Shown here: in pieces, positions 46,321 through 56,534 of the stretch | How positions within the stretch are numbered: position 1 is the stretch's first letter | Layout: each line of letters starts with the position of its first letter | NCBI GenBank assembly: GCA_964594735.1 | Contig: CAZQMS010000005.1 | Location: 19,150 to 83,149, forward strand | DNA from: an uncultured Candidatus Saccharibacteria bacterium | GTDB lineage: Bacteria; Patescibacteriota; Minisyncoccia; Phycocordibacterales; UBA2100 | Direction of reading: 5' to 3' | Length of the DNA stretch: 64,000 nucleotides | Notes under the pieces: model-generated | Told to the model about the DNA's origin: nothing | Databases searched by the model: none | The model's input: the letters and a program-made list of their open reading frames with translations, nothing else | Made by a program: the position numbers and the translations under genes

Positions 46321-47259
46321 TTGAGTGCGATTCTCGCTTCAATAAAAGGCAGCTTCGCGAGTGCGGGTACCGTACCGCAAAGCGGCAATCTGCAGACCAT
46401 GGGCTTCCTTAAGCCCGCTATGAATATCGATCCGGCGCCGGCACGCGGAGGTGGTGACATACAGATTATTGATGATTCCGCACTGCTTCCCGAGGAGGGT
46501 CCAGCGGGCACCATCGCAGACATTGAGAAGCCAAAGAATTCGACCATCAGCACGTATACGGTGCGCGAGGGAGACACGCTCTCCGGTATCGCACTTATGT
46601 TCGACGTCTCACCCAACACCATCAAGTGGGCAAATGACATTCCGACCAGTGGGACCATACGCGTAGGTCAGCAGCTCACCATTCTCCCAGTCACGGGTGT
46701 ACGGTACACGGTGAAAAAGGGCGACACGCTTGCGGCGATTGCAAAGAAGTACAGTGCAGATGCCACCGATGTCGCCAACTACAACGGTATCGAAGGCGCA
46801 CTCGCCGTGGGCGACGTCATCATAATCCCCAATGGCGAAATGCGTATCGAGACGCCGGCACGCGCTGTCGCGAAAGCTACGGGGCCCGTGACGTACACGA
46901 CGGGTACGCAGGTGGGTTACTACGCTTCACCCATCGCACGGTACGTAAAAACACAGGGCATACACGGGTACAACGGCATCGATCTCGGTGCGGCTGCAGG
47001 CACGCCCGTCATGGCTTCTGCCGCGGGCGAAGTTATCGTCGCCAAGGGCAGCGGGTACAACGGTGGATACGGCCTCTACGTCGTTATCCAGCACGGCAAC
47101 GGCTCACAGACACTCTACTCGCACCTCTCGCGTCTTGGCACGAGCGCTGGTGAATTCGTCGAGCAAGGTCAGGTCATCGGCTATGTCGGCTCGACTGGCC
47201 GCTCCACCGGTCCGCACCTCCACTTTGAGATACGCAACGGCATCCGAAATCCTTTATAA
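46321..47259 (+). CDS. LysM-domain (x2) M23 family peptidoglycan peptidase. The N-terminus probably extends upstream
   Basis: Two LysM repeats (TYTVREGDTLSGIA, RYTVKKGDTLAAIA) and M23 motifs (HGYNGIDLGA...GYVGSTGRSTGPHLHFE). The track start is TTG. Confidence 0.8.
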   Translation: MSAILASIKGSFASAGTVPQSGNLQTMGFLKPAMNIDPAPARGGGDIQIIDDSALLPEEGPAGTIADIEKPKNSTISTYTVREGDTLSGIALMFDVSPNTIKWANDIPTSGTIRVGQQLTILPVTGVRYTVKKGDTLAAIAKKYSADATDVANYNGIEGALAVGDVIIIPNGEMRIETPARAVAKATGPVTYTTGTQVGYYASPIARYVKTQGIHGYNGIDLGAAAGTPVMASAAGEVIVAKGSGYNGGYGLYVVIQHGNGSQTLYSHLSRLGTSAGEFVEQGQVIGYVGSTGRSTGPHLHFEIRNGIRNPL

Positions 47260-47381
47260 CGTACGCCCAGTATGCACTCTTTTTTAAGCGCAGCGTTTAA
47301 TTTCCTTCGATTTCTGATGTAAGCCGCCCCTGCCTTCGAGAAGGTTTGGCGCATTCGCTTCTGCAGTGTATCCTAAGGTAC

Positions 47382-48389
47382 GTGTCAAAACTGACCGTAG
47401 ACGTAATTGTCGACCTCCAGTACGGAGACTGCGGCAAAGGTAAAATCTCCCACTATTTAAGTCATAAGAATTCATACACCCACGTACTCCGCTACAACGG
47501 CGGGTGCAACGCGGGGCACACGATATTCCACAAGGGGAAGAAATTCGTGACGCACCACATCCCTGCGGGCGTGTTCTTTGGGGTACGTTCCGTGATAGGC
47601 AACGGGTGCGTGCTCGACCCGGAACAGTTTTTCCGCGAAATCGAGATGCTCGAGGAGGGCGGCGTGCGCACCAAAAATAAGATTTTCATCGCGGGCAATA
47701 CGCATGTCATCACGAACGCGCACAAGACGGAAGACAGAAAGAAGGGCGGCAAGATAGGCACGACTGGTCGGGGTAATGGTCCCGCGTACCGCGACAAGTA
47801 CGGCCGCACTGGTGTACATGCGGCGAGTGTCGCGAGGCTTAAGCCCTATATCATCGACCTATACGCAGAGTGGCATGCCGCAAAGAAGCCCGTCACGATT
47901 CTCGCTGAAGGTGCGCAGGGATTCGGGCTCGACATCGATTGGGGCGACTACCCCTTCGTCACTTCGAGCCACTGCACGACAGCGGGCGCGCTCCTCAACG
48001 GACTTCCTGCGACAGCGGTGCGCGACGTATGGGGCGTAGCAAAAATCTACGAGACGTATGTAGGCAGCAAGAAATTTCAGCCGAAGGGCGACGTGTTCGA
48101 CAAAATTGGCGACATTGGCGAAGAGTTTGGCTCGACAACGGGCCGCAGAAGGCAGTGCAATTGGATGAACATGCAGACTCTGGAGCGTGCCGTGCGCGTC
48201 AACGGTGTGACGCATCTCGTTTTCAACAAAATGGACGTACTCCGAGAAGTGGGACAATGGGCAGTGATAGACGGCGGTAAGGTTCGAAAGTTTGGCTCAG
48301 AGAACGCGATGAAGCAGTTCGTCACGAAACGGCTGAAGCCACTCGGACTCAAAAGGCTCTATTTTTCAGAGCACAAAGATCGCATTTAG
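47382..48389 (+). CDS. purA: adenylosuccinate synthetase
   Basis: QYGDCGKGK P-loop, and GGCNAGHT. The start is trimmed to the GTG that gives MSKLTVDVIVDLQYGD, with TATCCT 7 nt upstream. Confidence 0.85.
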   Translation: MSKLTVDVIVDLQYGDCGKGKISHYLSHKNSYTHVLRYNGGCNAGHTIFHKGKKFVTHHIPAGVFFGVRSVIGNGCVLDPEQFFREIEMLEEGGVRTKNKIFIAGNTHVITNAHKTEDRKKGGKIGTTGRGNGPAYRDKYGRTGVHAASVARLKPYIIDLYAEWHAAKKPVTILAEGAQGFGLDIDWGDYPFVTSSHCTTAGALLNGLPATAVRDVWGVAKIYETYVGSKKFQPKGDVFDKIGDIGEEFGSTTGRRRQCNWMNMQTLERAVRVNGVTHLVFNKMDVLREVGQWAVIDGGKVRKFGSENAMKQFVTKRLKPLGLKRLYFSEHKDRI

Positions 48390-49180
48390 CGCGAGACGTG
48401 CGTGCGGAAGAGGTGCGCCGCGACGGGCATGGCGACGACGATAATGCCGATGCACCACACTACCGCAAGCCAGCCGTGATTTTCTATCGGTACGCCGACC
48501 ATGAGCGCGCGCAGGGCTTCAATCACATGGGTCACAGGCTGATTTTCAGCGAAAAGGCGGAGTGCCCAGGGCATGCTCTCTGTCGGGACGAATGCTGCAC
48601 TCGCAAAAGTGAGCGGGAAAATGACGAAGAACCCCATCCACTGCACCGCCTCGACGGTGCGCGCGAGGAGTCCCATAATGGCGGCAATCCAAGAGATTGC
48701 GAAGCTAAAGAGCAGGATGAGACCCACAATGAGAAGCCAGTCTGTAGCCGATGCTTCCGGCCTAAAGCCGACGAGGAATGCGACGATGAGCATCACGCAG
48801 GATTGAATCATGTTGCGGAAAAGGTCTGCGACGACATGTCCCGTAATCACGGCTCCGCCGAAAATGGGAAGTGACTTGATACGGTCGATGATGCCGCGCT
48901 GGAGATCTGCCGCGACGGAGAGCGACGTCGTGAGTGATCCGAATGCTACGCTCTGCACGAGAATACCCGCCACCAGGAAGTTGACGTATGAGATACCGCC
49001 GGTTTCTATGGCACCGCCGAACACGTAGCGAAAGAGCAGCATGAACATAATCGGCTGAATGGTGAGCCCGAGTATCTGGTCTTTGTTTTTCAGAATGTGT
49101 CGCAAGCTGCGCTTGATAAGCACCCCCGAGTCGGCGAGTAGCCAATAGAGTTTCGAATGCTGCTGTGTGAGGTGGTTCAT
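48386..49180 (-). CDS. ABC-2 type transporter permease
   Basis: 6 TM helices in the ABC-2 pattern; 4-nt overlap with the ATPase gene. Confidence 0.7.
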   Translation of the reverse strand: MNHLTQQHSKLYWLLADSGVLIKRSLRHILKNKDQILGLTIQPIMFMLLFRYVFGGAIETGGISYVNFLVAGILVQSVAFGSLTTSLSVAADLQRGIIDRIKSLPIFGGAVITGHVVADLFRNMIQSCVMLIVAFLVGFRPEASATDWLLIVGLILLFSFAISWIAAIMGLLARTVEAVQWMGFFVIFPLTFASAAFVPTESMPWALRLFAENQPVTHVIEALRALMVGVPIENHGWLAVVWCIGIIVVAMPVAAHLFRTHVSR

Positions 49181-50130
49181 ATGGTTGGTTCTTCTTTCTG
49201 TGCCTCATGACCGGTAAGTCGGAGGAATACGTCGTCGAGCGTTGGTTTGTGTACCGACATGCTATCGAGTTCGATGTGCTCTGCCGCGAGTGCATCAAGG
49301 ATTGCTTTTACAGAGCGGACGCTTCCGTCGGTAGAGACGCTAATCAGGCGCTCATCTTCAATCACCTTGATACCCTCTCCTTTTACAACCGACGTCGCTT
49401 TCGCAAAATCACTCTCTTGCGCGATGACGAGCTCGACACGTTCGTCCCCCACTTGCTTCTTCAGCTCGTCCGCGGTGCCGTGTGCGATGACTCTCCCGCC
49501 GTCGATGACCGCAATTTTATCCGCGAGTCTATCAGCCTCTTCGAGATACTGAGTAGTGAGGAGAATGGTTGTGCCACCACGCATCAGCTCTTCGATGACG
49601 TCCCACATGGCGATTCTGCTGCGTGGGTCGAGCCCTGTCGTCGGCTCGTCGAGGAAGATTATGGGAGGTGTTGCGACGAGCGAGAGTGCGAGGTCGAGAC
49701 GTCGGCGCATGCCGCCAGAGTACGTCTTTGCGTCGCGCTCGGCCGCATCAGCGAGATTGAATTGCTCGAGGAGTTCCTGAGCGCGTCGTTTGCTCGCCTC
49801 GCGGCCGAGGTGGTAGAGCTCGCCCATCATCTCGAGGTTCTGCCGGCCGGTGAGGTATTCGTCGACGGCCGCATATTGACCCGTGAGTCCGATGACGCGA
49901 CGCACACTCTCGGGGTCGGTGCGTACATTGTGCCCCTCGACGAGCGCGTCGCCGGAATCCGCCTGCAGGAGCGTGCTCAATATCTTTACTGTGGTCGTCT
50001 TGCCTGCGCCGTTGGGTCCCAGAAGCGCGAGCATTGTTCCTCGCTCCACGGTGAGGTCAATGCCCTTGAGGACTTCTACGCTCTTAAAATTTTTGTGAAG
50101 GTCGCGTATTTCGATCGCTGCAGTACTCAT
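49177..50130 (-). CDS. ABC transporter ATP-binding protein (DrrA-like)
   Basis: GPNGAGKTTT Walker A, the LSGGMRRRL signature, and ILLDEPT. Confidence 0.85.
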   Translation of the reverse strand: MSTAAIEIRDLHKNFKSVEVLKGIDLTVERGTMLALLGPNGAGKTTTVKILSTLLQADSGDALVEGHNVRTDPESVRRVIGLTGQYAAVDEYLTGRQNLEMMGELYHLGREASKRRAQELLEQFNLADAAERDAKTYSGGMRRRLDLALSLVATPPIIFLDEPTTGLDPRSRIAMWDVIEELMRGGTTILLTTQYLEEADRLADKIAVIDGGRVIAHGTADELKKQVGDERVELVIAQESDFAKATSVVKGEGIKVIEDERLISVSTDGSVRSVKAILDALAAEHIELDSMSVHKPTLDDVFLRLTGHEAQKEEPTI

Positions 50131-50178
50131 ATGTGGCTCGCATCATACGCGTATTTCAAGAAAATACACGTGAATATC

Positions 50179-50763
50179 TTACTGCTGTGAAGGTGTAAGA
50201 TTTGTCGCCTGCCCGTTGAGGTAGATTTGCACCCGCTGTACGCTTGCGAATTGTAGTACGGTCTCCTCTATCTGTATCTGAGCTCTCGGGTCATCACACA
50301 CGCCAGCGAGCCCGGAGAGCGAGCCTGTGAGATAGATGTTGGCAGTGCCGTTTACAACGGTCGCGCGGTCAAATTTGAGTGTCTCATTTGTGCGGTCAAT
50401 AAAATTGAAGAATCTCCCGACGCTCGTCGTGGAATACCCGAAGAGTCGCTGCATGGCGGCTGTAAGTGGCGCTGTGGTCGGCGTGATATCAACGGGGACG
50501 AGTACCACCCTGTCACACCCGCGCTGTTTTCCTGCTGTCGTGCCCTCAGTATCGAGCATCGCAATCTGCACGCGCGATACGGTACTCGGCGTCGACGTAG
50601 CAGGCGTGCTCGTCGGTGTCGTGGTGGGAGTGGTCGTGCTTGGTGTCGATGTTGGCGTGGTCGTGGCGACAGAGCCCCCACCGCTCGTGAGTAGGTACCA
50701 GCTCCCGAACACAACGATTAATCCGACTACACCTATAGTCGCGATGAGTGTATGTTGATTCAT
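50179..50763 (-). CDS. membrane-anchored protein with a Thr/Pro-rich linker
   Basis: The start is trimmed to MNQHTLIATIGVVGLIVVF; a TTTPTSTPSTTTPTTTPTSTP linker follows. Confidence 0.4.
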   Translation of the reverse strand: MNQHTLIATIGVVGLIVVFGSWYLLTSGGGSVATTTPTSTPSTTTPTTTPTSTPATSTPSTVSRVQIAMLDTEGTTAGKQRGCDRVVLVPVDITPTTAPLTAAMQRLFGYSTTSVGRFFNFIDRTNETLKFDRATVVNGTANIYLTGSLSGLAGVCDDPRAQIQIEETVLQFASVQRVQIYLNGQATNLTPSQQ

Positions 50764-50803
50764 CCAACGACTGTACGCTCTGCAGATGAAAATTGAAAGA
50801 AGC

Positions 50804-52372
50804 TCAGATTTCGCGCTGGCGGTACTGGAGCGCTTCGAGCATATGGATGGATTCGATGGTCTCGCTTCCTGCGAGGTCGGCAATCGTACGAGCGAGCTTT
50901 ATCGTGCGGTGGTAACCGCGCGCGGACAGTTTCATCTGCCGCGCTGCATGCATGAGCGTGTCCTCGGCTTTAGCCGTGAGGCCTGCGAGCGATTCGATTT
51001 CTTTCGGTCCCATGTCAGCATTGGTCGACACATCTCGCAGTCCCTTAAATCGTTCACGCTGTTTCATCCGCGCTTTCGCGATGCGTTCGCGCACCATCCT
51101 GGTCTGGTCGTCAGTCTGTTTCTTTTTGATGGCAAGACTCTCGGGCGGCATTTCGCCGACTTGCACCCACATATCGATGCGGTCTGCTACAGGTCCCGAG
51201 ATTTTTCGCTTGTACTTTTCGATGACGTGCGGCATGCAGCGGCAATCGCCCTGGCCGGTCAGGCGCGAACCACTCTTGCCGCACGGGCACGGGTTGAGCG
51301 CGGCGACGAGCATGAAGTTCGCGGGGAACGTCGCTGAGCCGCGCGCGCGTGCAACCGAGACCTGTGCGTCTTCGAGCGGTTCGCGTAGTGCGTTGACGAC
51401 GTCGCGGTGAAACTCAGGGAATTCATCGAGGAACAGTAATCCGCGATGTGCGAGCGTCACTTCTCCCGGGCGCGGTATCGTGCCGCCGCCGATGAGCGAT
51501 GCATAGCTCGACGTGTGGTGCGGTGCTCGGAAAGGTGGCCGGCGCACAGGCTTCTCCGTGGCTCCGGCGAGTGAGTGAATCGCCGTGACCTCGATGACCT
51601 CGTCCTCGGTGAGGTCTGGGAGGAGCGATGAAGCCGTGCGCGCGAGCATTGTCTTCCCTGTACCGGGCGGACCCCACAGAGCGATGTTGTGTCTGCCCGC
51701 CGCAGCAATTTCGAGCCCGCGTTTGGCGCCCTCTTGTCCGCGGATGTCACTCAGTGAAACGTCCTCGACTATTTCTTGTGCATCGAATGGCGTGGCGACA
51801 TACGGTGAGAGCGTAAATTGTGCGTGCTCATCCAAGTGTGCGACGAGGTCAAGGAGGGACCGGACGGGATAGACGGTGATGGCAGAGACGAGTGCCGCTT
51901 CAGCGGCGTTCTCCTCGGGTATATACAGTTCAGATATCCCGCTCTCGCGCGCGAGCAGCGCTATCGAGAGTGCTCCTCGAATAGGTCTCACTGTGCCGTC
52001 GAGCGCAAGTTCGCCGGCGAACAGTTTTCCTTCTCTTGAGAAATTAATTTGTTCAGATGCAAGTAGAAACGAGAGTGCGAGCGGCAAGTCGAAAGCGGAA
52101 CCCTCCTTTTTTAGATCTGCGGGAGCAAGTGAAAGAACGATTTTCTTGTTACTCCTCTTTGGCGACTCGAATTCTTCGTCGGTGTTTTTGATTGCTGCCG
52201 CAAGTCTGTCTTTCGCTTCATCTACTGCTTTATCTGCGAGTCCAACTATGGTGAACGCGTGCAATCCTTTCACAATGTCGCACTCAACAGTTATGAGATG
52301 CGCGTGGGGTAGCGCAGGCTGCGCGCCGAGCACTCTCGCGAATCCGGACTCGATTGACTGTCGTGCGGACAC
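50804..52372 (-). CDS. comM: YifB/ComM family Mg-chelatase-like AAA+ ATPase
   Basis: N-terminal Lon-like domain, WGPPGTGKTMLA, and a C-terminal ComM domain. Confidence 0.85.
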   Translation of the reverse strand: MSARQSIESGFARVLGAQPALPHAHLITVECDIVKGLHAFTIVGLADKAVDEAKDRLAAAIKNTDEEFESPKRSNKKIVLSLAPADLKKEGSAFDLPLALSFLLASEQINFSREGKLFAGELALDGTVRPIRGALSIALLARESGISELYIPEENAAEAALVSAITVYPVRSLLDLVAHLDEHAQFTLSPYVATPFDAQEIVEDVSLSDIRGQEGAKRGLEIAAAGRHNIALWGPPGTGKTMLARTASSLLPDLTEDEVIEVTAIHSLAGATEKPVRRPPFRAPHHTSSYASLIGGGTIPRPGEVTLAHRGLLFLDEFPEFHRDVVNALREPLEDAQVSVARARGSATFPANFMLVAALNPCPCGKSGSRLTGQGDCRCMPHVIEKYKRKISGPVADRIDMWVQVGEMPPESLAIKKKQTDDQTRMVRERIAKARMKQRERFKGLRDVSTNADMGPKEIESLAGLTAKAEDTLMHAARQMKLSARGYHRTIKLARTIADLAGSETIESIHMLEALQYRQREI

Positions 52373-52435
52373 GCCGTCATTGTAGCAAGCGGTACACCAA
52401 CAAAGTGCGCCGCTTTGTGCACATGTTGTACTGCG

Positions 52436-52819
52436 TCAAATTTCTTCTGCGTGTTCGACGAGTGTGCGTGCAGCCGGATTGGCTTTGAGGCGCTCCAGTG
52501 GAATCGGTTCGCTGCTCACCTCGCAAATACCGTAGACTCCCTCATCCATTTTCTCGAGAGCATCGACGATATCGCGATGGCGTGTTTCTAGTTCTTCTAC
52601 GAGCGGTACATTTGTTGCGAGTTCCTCTATCTGGTCAGCGACGTCGTTGGGATCGGCCTCCATGCCCTCGAAGCCGCTACTCGCGCCCACCCAATCTCCC
52701 GTCTCATCGAGGACGCGTCCATGACTCGACAGTTCTTCTTCGAGCTCTTCTTTCTCCGCCTCCATGCGGGCGCGCAATTCCTCTAAATCTACCTGTGCAA
52801 TTTTTGGTACGTGAGCCAT
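52436..52819 (-). CDS. DksA/TraR-family protein (Cys-poor variant)
   Basis: Coiled-coil N-terminus and a C-terminal CEVSSEPIPLERLKANPAARTLVEH that aligns with the DksA zinc-finger region but keeps only 1 of the 4 Cys. Confidence 0.55.
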   Translation of the reverse strand: MAHVPKIAQVDLEELRARMEAEKEELEEELSSHGRVLDETGDWVGASSGFEGMEADPNDVADQIEELATNVPLVEELETRHRDIVDALEKMDEGVYGICEVSSEPIPLERLKANPAARTLVEHAEEI

Positions 52820-52907
52820 GGTGCGATGCAGATTAAAAATAGTACGTGTTAAAGATGTGCATTCGATGAACGAATGTGGGCATGATACATGAGGGAATCG
52901 GCGCGTG

Positions 52908-54089
52908 CTAGAGCTGGCGCTGTGCCTGAAGTCGCGAGAGGAGTTCTGTAAATGTGTACGGGCTCTCTGCGATGATGAGGAGTCCGCGGGTCGGGAAAGA
53001 ATAGTAGAGTGCGACGGCTCCGCTGTCGTCGGTGAGGGCGCGCACATCATAATTGCGCATCACAACATCGCCGAACGTCCTTTTTTGCACGAGCCCGTCG
53101 GCTCCGGCGGTGAGGTCTGGGACGCGCACAAAGGCGGGTGCGAGGTCTGCATTGATTGTCCCCTCCCACGCGAGCATGCCCGCGAACGCGCGGTCGTACG
53201 ACGTGACCGGGACGACGAGAAGCGGAGCATTCTTGTCGACGGTGTGAAGTCCGAAGAAGAAATCTTGCGAGAGTGCGCGCATAAGTTCTTCCGGCGGGTG
53301 CGCGCCGAGCGCCGCGAGAAATTCGGAGAGCGTCGCGAGCCGCGTCACTTCTCCCTCTGTCGTGAGACTTGTCGATAGGGGTGCAATGCGCGTGATTGAG
53401 CCGAGGGATGCACTGGAGGCGCCGCGCGCATCCGCGAGAAGGTTTTTCAGCTGCGTGGGGGATTGGCCGGCGAGCGCGAGTGACACGGTCTGTTCCGCAA
53501 AAACGAGCGAACTGGTCGGCTGCTCGGGAAGCGGCGCTGTACTCCCCTGCACGACGAAGTACACACCGCCGAGCGCTGCGGCTCCGAGAAAAAGAAGCAG
53601 CGCACCAGCAAAGAGAGAATTTTTTACACTGCTCGAGCGTTTCGTTGTGGCAAACACGGGAGGCTTCGCCTTCTCTTGTTCAAGCGCCGCTGCTCTCACG
53701 ACCGATATTTTTTGGTCGTGCACGACCTGCTGCAGGTCATGCTTGAGCGTGTGGACGCTCTGGACGGCATCGTTCGACGCAGGTGCCGCTCCCGATGGAG
53801 TTTGCTGCGGCGGCTCCGCCTGCTCCGCGGGTGCAGCGCCAGAGAGAAGTGTATCGATGTCTTTCGCCGGTACAGCTGCACGTTTCCCTTGGCCGGCCGC
53901 TGGGTCGCGGCGCTCGGGCAGCTTCACGTCCTGCAAAATCTTCTTCATGTCCGCCTGTATAGAAAGCGGCGCGGGCGCACCCTCAGAGGGTGCGCCCGTA
54001 GGAATCGCCGAAGAATCCGCCTGCGGCTGAGCGTTAGAAGCGTCTGCGTGGTCTGTCTTCCCCTGAGTCTCGTCTACCATGATTTTCAC
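52908..54089 (-). CDS. hypothetical protein with a central TM helix
   Basis: ORF only. Confidence 0.35.
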   Translation of the reverse strand: MKIMVDETQGKTDHADASNAQPQADSSAIPTGAPSEGAPAPLSIQADMKKILQDVKLPERRDPAAGQGKRAAVPAKDIDTLLSGAAPAEQAEPPQQTPSGAAPASNDAVQSVHTLKHDLQQVVHDQKISVVRAAALEQEKAKPPVFATTKRSSSVKNSLFAGALLLFLGAAALGGVYFVVQGSTAPLPEQPTSSLVFAEQTVSLALAGQSPTQLKNLLADARGASSASLGSITRIAPLSTSLTTEGEVTRLATLSEFLAALGAHPPEELMRALSQDFFFGLHTVDKNAPLLVVPVTSYDRAFAGMLAWEGTINADLAPAFVRVPDLTAGADGLVQKRTFGDVVMRNYDVRALTDDSGAVALYYSFPTRGLLIIAESPYTFTELLSRLQAQRQL

Positions 54090-56298
54090 CGCCCTGCGCC
54101 GGCTGGAGCCCCTTTTTCGAAGCCCATTCCGGATCAGCTGCTTTGATAGAGAGATTATACCGTCCTTTCTCGTCGATTTCTTTCAAGACCACAGGGACGA
54201 TGTCGCCGATTTTTACCGCTTCGGCAATAGATGCGATGCGGAACGGTGCAACTTCTGACACGTGCACGAGACCATCGGTGTTGGGGCCGATTTTCACGAA
54301 CGCCCCGAAGTCCATCATGCGCACGACCTCGCCTTCAAACCTGTCGCCGACCATGTATTCGCGCGTGAGGTCGACAATTTCCTTCATCGCCGCCTCTGCC
54401 GCGCCGTTTTTACCGGTGACGTATACCGTACCGTCATCTTCAATCGTGATGTCGTCGCAGAGTGTGCGTTCACGGATGCCATTGATTGTTTTGCCGCCGG
54501 GGCCGATGACGAGGCCGATTTGGTCGACCTTGACCTTGGTGGTCAGAATTTTCGGAGCGCGCACGCTGATGTCCGCGCGCGGCTCAGGAATTGCTTTGCG
54601 GATGACGTCGAGAATCTGGAGGCGCGCCTTTTTCGCCTGCTCGAAAGCTTGCGCGAGCACCTTGAGCGGTACGCCTTCGACTTTGACGTCCATTTGCACC
54701 GCGGTCACACCTTCGGATGTACCGGCCACCTTGAAGTCCATGTCGCCATGGTGGTCTTCCGGACCCTGGATATCGGTCAGCACTGCATACTGAAACTTCC
54801 GACTACCAACTTCCAACTCTCGAACTCCAGTACCAAGCTTGTTGTCAGTTCCCTGTTGGCTGTTGCTCGTTGAAACCGACATCATACCCATCGCGATGCC
54901 CGCGACGGGGCGCGTGATAGGCACGCCCGCGTCCATGAGCGCGAGCGTCCCTGCGCACACCGTCCCCATGGATGTTGAGCCGTTGGAGGCGAGGCACTCG
55001 GATACGATGCGCACCGTGTACGGGAAGACTTCTTTGCTCGGTTGTACTGCGCGGAGCGCTTTTTCTGCGAGCGCACCGTGGCCTGTCATGCGACGGTTCA
55101 TGCCACCCACGCGCCCTGTCTCTCCGACACTAAACGGCGGGAAGTTGTAGTGGAGCATGAACGCTTTCTTGGTGTCCTGGTACTCGATGGTGTCGATGAG
55201 CTGCGCATCGCCCGGGCCGCCGAGCGTGAGCGCCGCGAGCACGTGTGTCTCGCCGCGGTAAAAGAGACCGCTGCCGTGAATTACGGGCGAGAGGCCGCCT
55301 GCCTGCGCATAGAGCGGGCGTATTTCATCGAGTGCGCGACCGTCCACGCGCTTGCCCTCCTGTATTGCGAGGTTGTGGACGAATTCGTCGACCGTGTGCT
55401 CGAAGTGTGCGTCGAAGCGCGCTGGCTGCACATCGGGAAGGCGCTCTTTCGCGGCCTTCATCCACTCTGATTTGAATTCATTGATGTGGTGCTTGGTGAG
55501 TGCGCCCTTAGTCTCGAGGAGTTTCGGTGTGACGGTCTCCTCGAAGAGTGCGACGACTTCGGCCGGCGTCTCTGGTGGCGTGTATGGCATTTTCTCCTTG
55601 CCGATTTCAGACGCAATCTGCTTCTGCCATGCCTGTATTTTCTCGATCTCTTCTGAAGCCTTCGCGAGCGCTTTCTCGAGTGTGCTTTCGCTCACTTCAT
55701 TGGCACCCACTTCGATCATGTTGATGAGGCCGTCCTTACCGCACGCGAGGAGATCCATGCGCATTCCTTCAGCCTCGCGCTCTTTGTACGTCGGATTCAC
55801 GATGAAGTCCGCGCCGTTTACCCCGAGCTCTGTCGAGGGGAGCTCGATGCGCACCGCCGATGCCGGACCGTTCCACGGAATGTCCGAGCACGCGAGCGCG
55901 AGCGACGCTGCGTTGATGGCAAGAACGTCTGTGTCGTAATCCTCTATGGAGAGCACTGTGATGATGACCTGCACCTCGCGCTTCATCCCCTTGGGGAAGA
56001 GCGGACGAATCGTGCGGTCCACCATGCGGCCTGAGAGAATCGCCTCGTCGGAGGGCCTCCCCTCGCGGCGCATAAAGCGGCTGCCCAAAATGGCGCCCGC
56101 GGCGTAGAACTTCTCTTCGTACTCGACGGAGAGCGGGAAATAGTCCTTGTCGCTCTCGCGGCCGAGGACCACCGTCGCGAGGACGGTGCTGTTGCCGAGG
56201 CGCATGAGAACCGAGCCGTTGGCCTGGTTGGCCCAGTCGTTGAACTCTGCTGATAAAGTCTGCCCCCCGATGGAGAGCGAATACTCTTTTTTCTGCAT
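54034..56298 (-). CDS. pnp: polyribonucleotide nucleotidyltransferase
   Basis: Two RNase PH domains plus KH and S1 domains; 754 aa. Confidence 0.9.
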   Translation of the reverse strand: MQKKEYSLSIGGQTLSAEFNDWANQANGSVLMRLGNSTVLATVVLGRESDKDYFPLSVEYEEKFYAAGAILGSRFMRREGRPSDEAILSGRMVDRTIRPLFPKGMKREVQVIITVLSIEDYDTDVLAINAASLALACSDIPWNGPASAVRIELPSTELGVNGADFIVNPTYKEREAEGMRMDLLACGKDGLINMIEVGANEVSESTLEKALAKASEEIEKIQAWQKQIASEIGKEKMPYTPPETPAEVVALFEETVTPKLLETKGALTKHHINEFKSEWMKAAKERLPDVQPARFDAHFEHTVDEFVHNLAIQEGKRVDGRALDEIRPLYAQAGGLSPVIHGSGLFYRGETHVLAALTLGGPGDAQLIDTIEYQDTKKAFMLHYNFPPFSVGETGRVGGMNRRMTGHGALAEKALRAVQPSKEVFPYTVRIVSECLASNGSTSMGTVCAGTLALMDAGVPITRPVAGIAMGMMSVSTSNSQQGTDNKLGTGVRELEVGSRKFQYAVLTDIQGPEDHHGDMDFKVAGTSEGVTAVQMDVKVEGVPLKVLAQAFEQAKKARLQILDVIRKAIPEPRADISVRAPKILTTKVKVDQIGLVIGPGGKTINGIRERTLCDDITIEDDGTVYVTGKNGAAEAAMKEIVDLTREYMVGDRFEGEVVRMMDFGAFVKIGPNTDGLVHVSEVAPFRIASIAEAVKIGDIVPVVLKEIDEKGRYNLSIKAADPEWASKKGLQPAQGGENHGRRDSGEDRPRRRF

Positions 56299-56534
56299 TT
56301 TCTTGGGTGACGAACGGACCTGCCCCGCTGTGAGTCCAGCATTTCCCGGAAGTGTCTCAATTCCTGATTACGTTGTCCGGCGAATGCAGACGACAGAATC
56401 AAAAATTGAGGACTCTACTACGGGGTTTCAGTGAACTACCTCGGAACCAATCTACTCGTCACAACTACTACTAAGAACTCCACTATGCCATATACGTACG
56501 GATATGGCCATGAAGAGCGCTCCCGCTAAACGGC

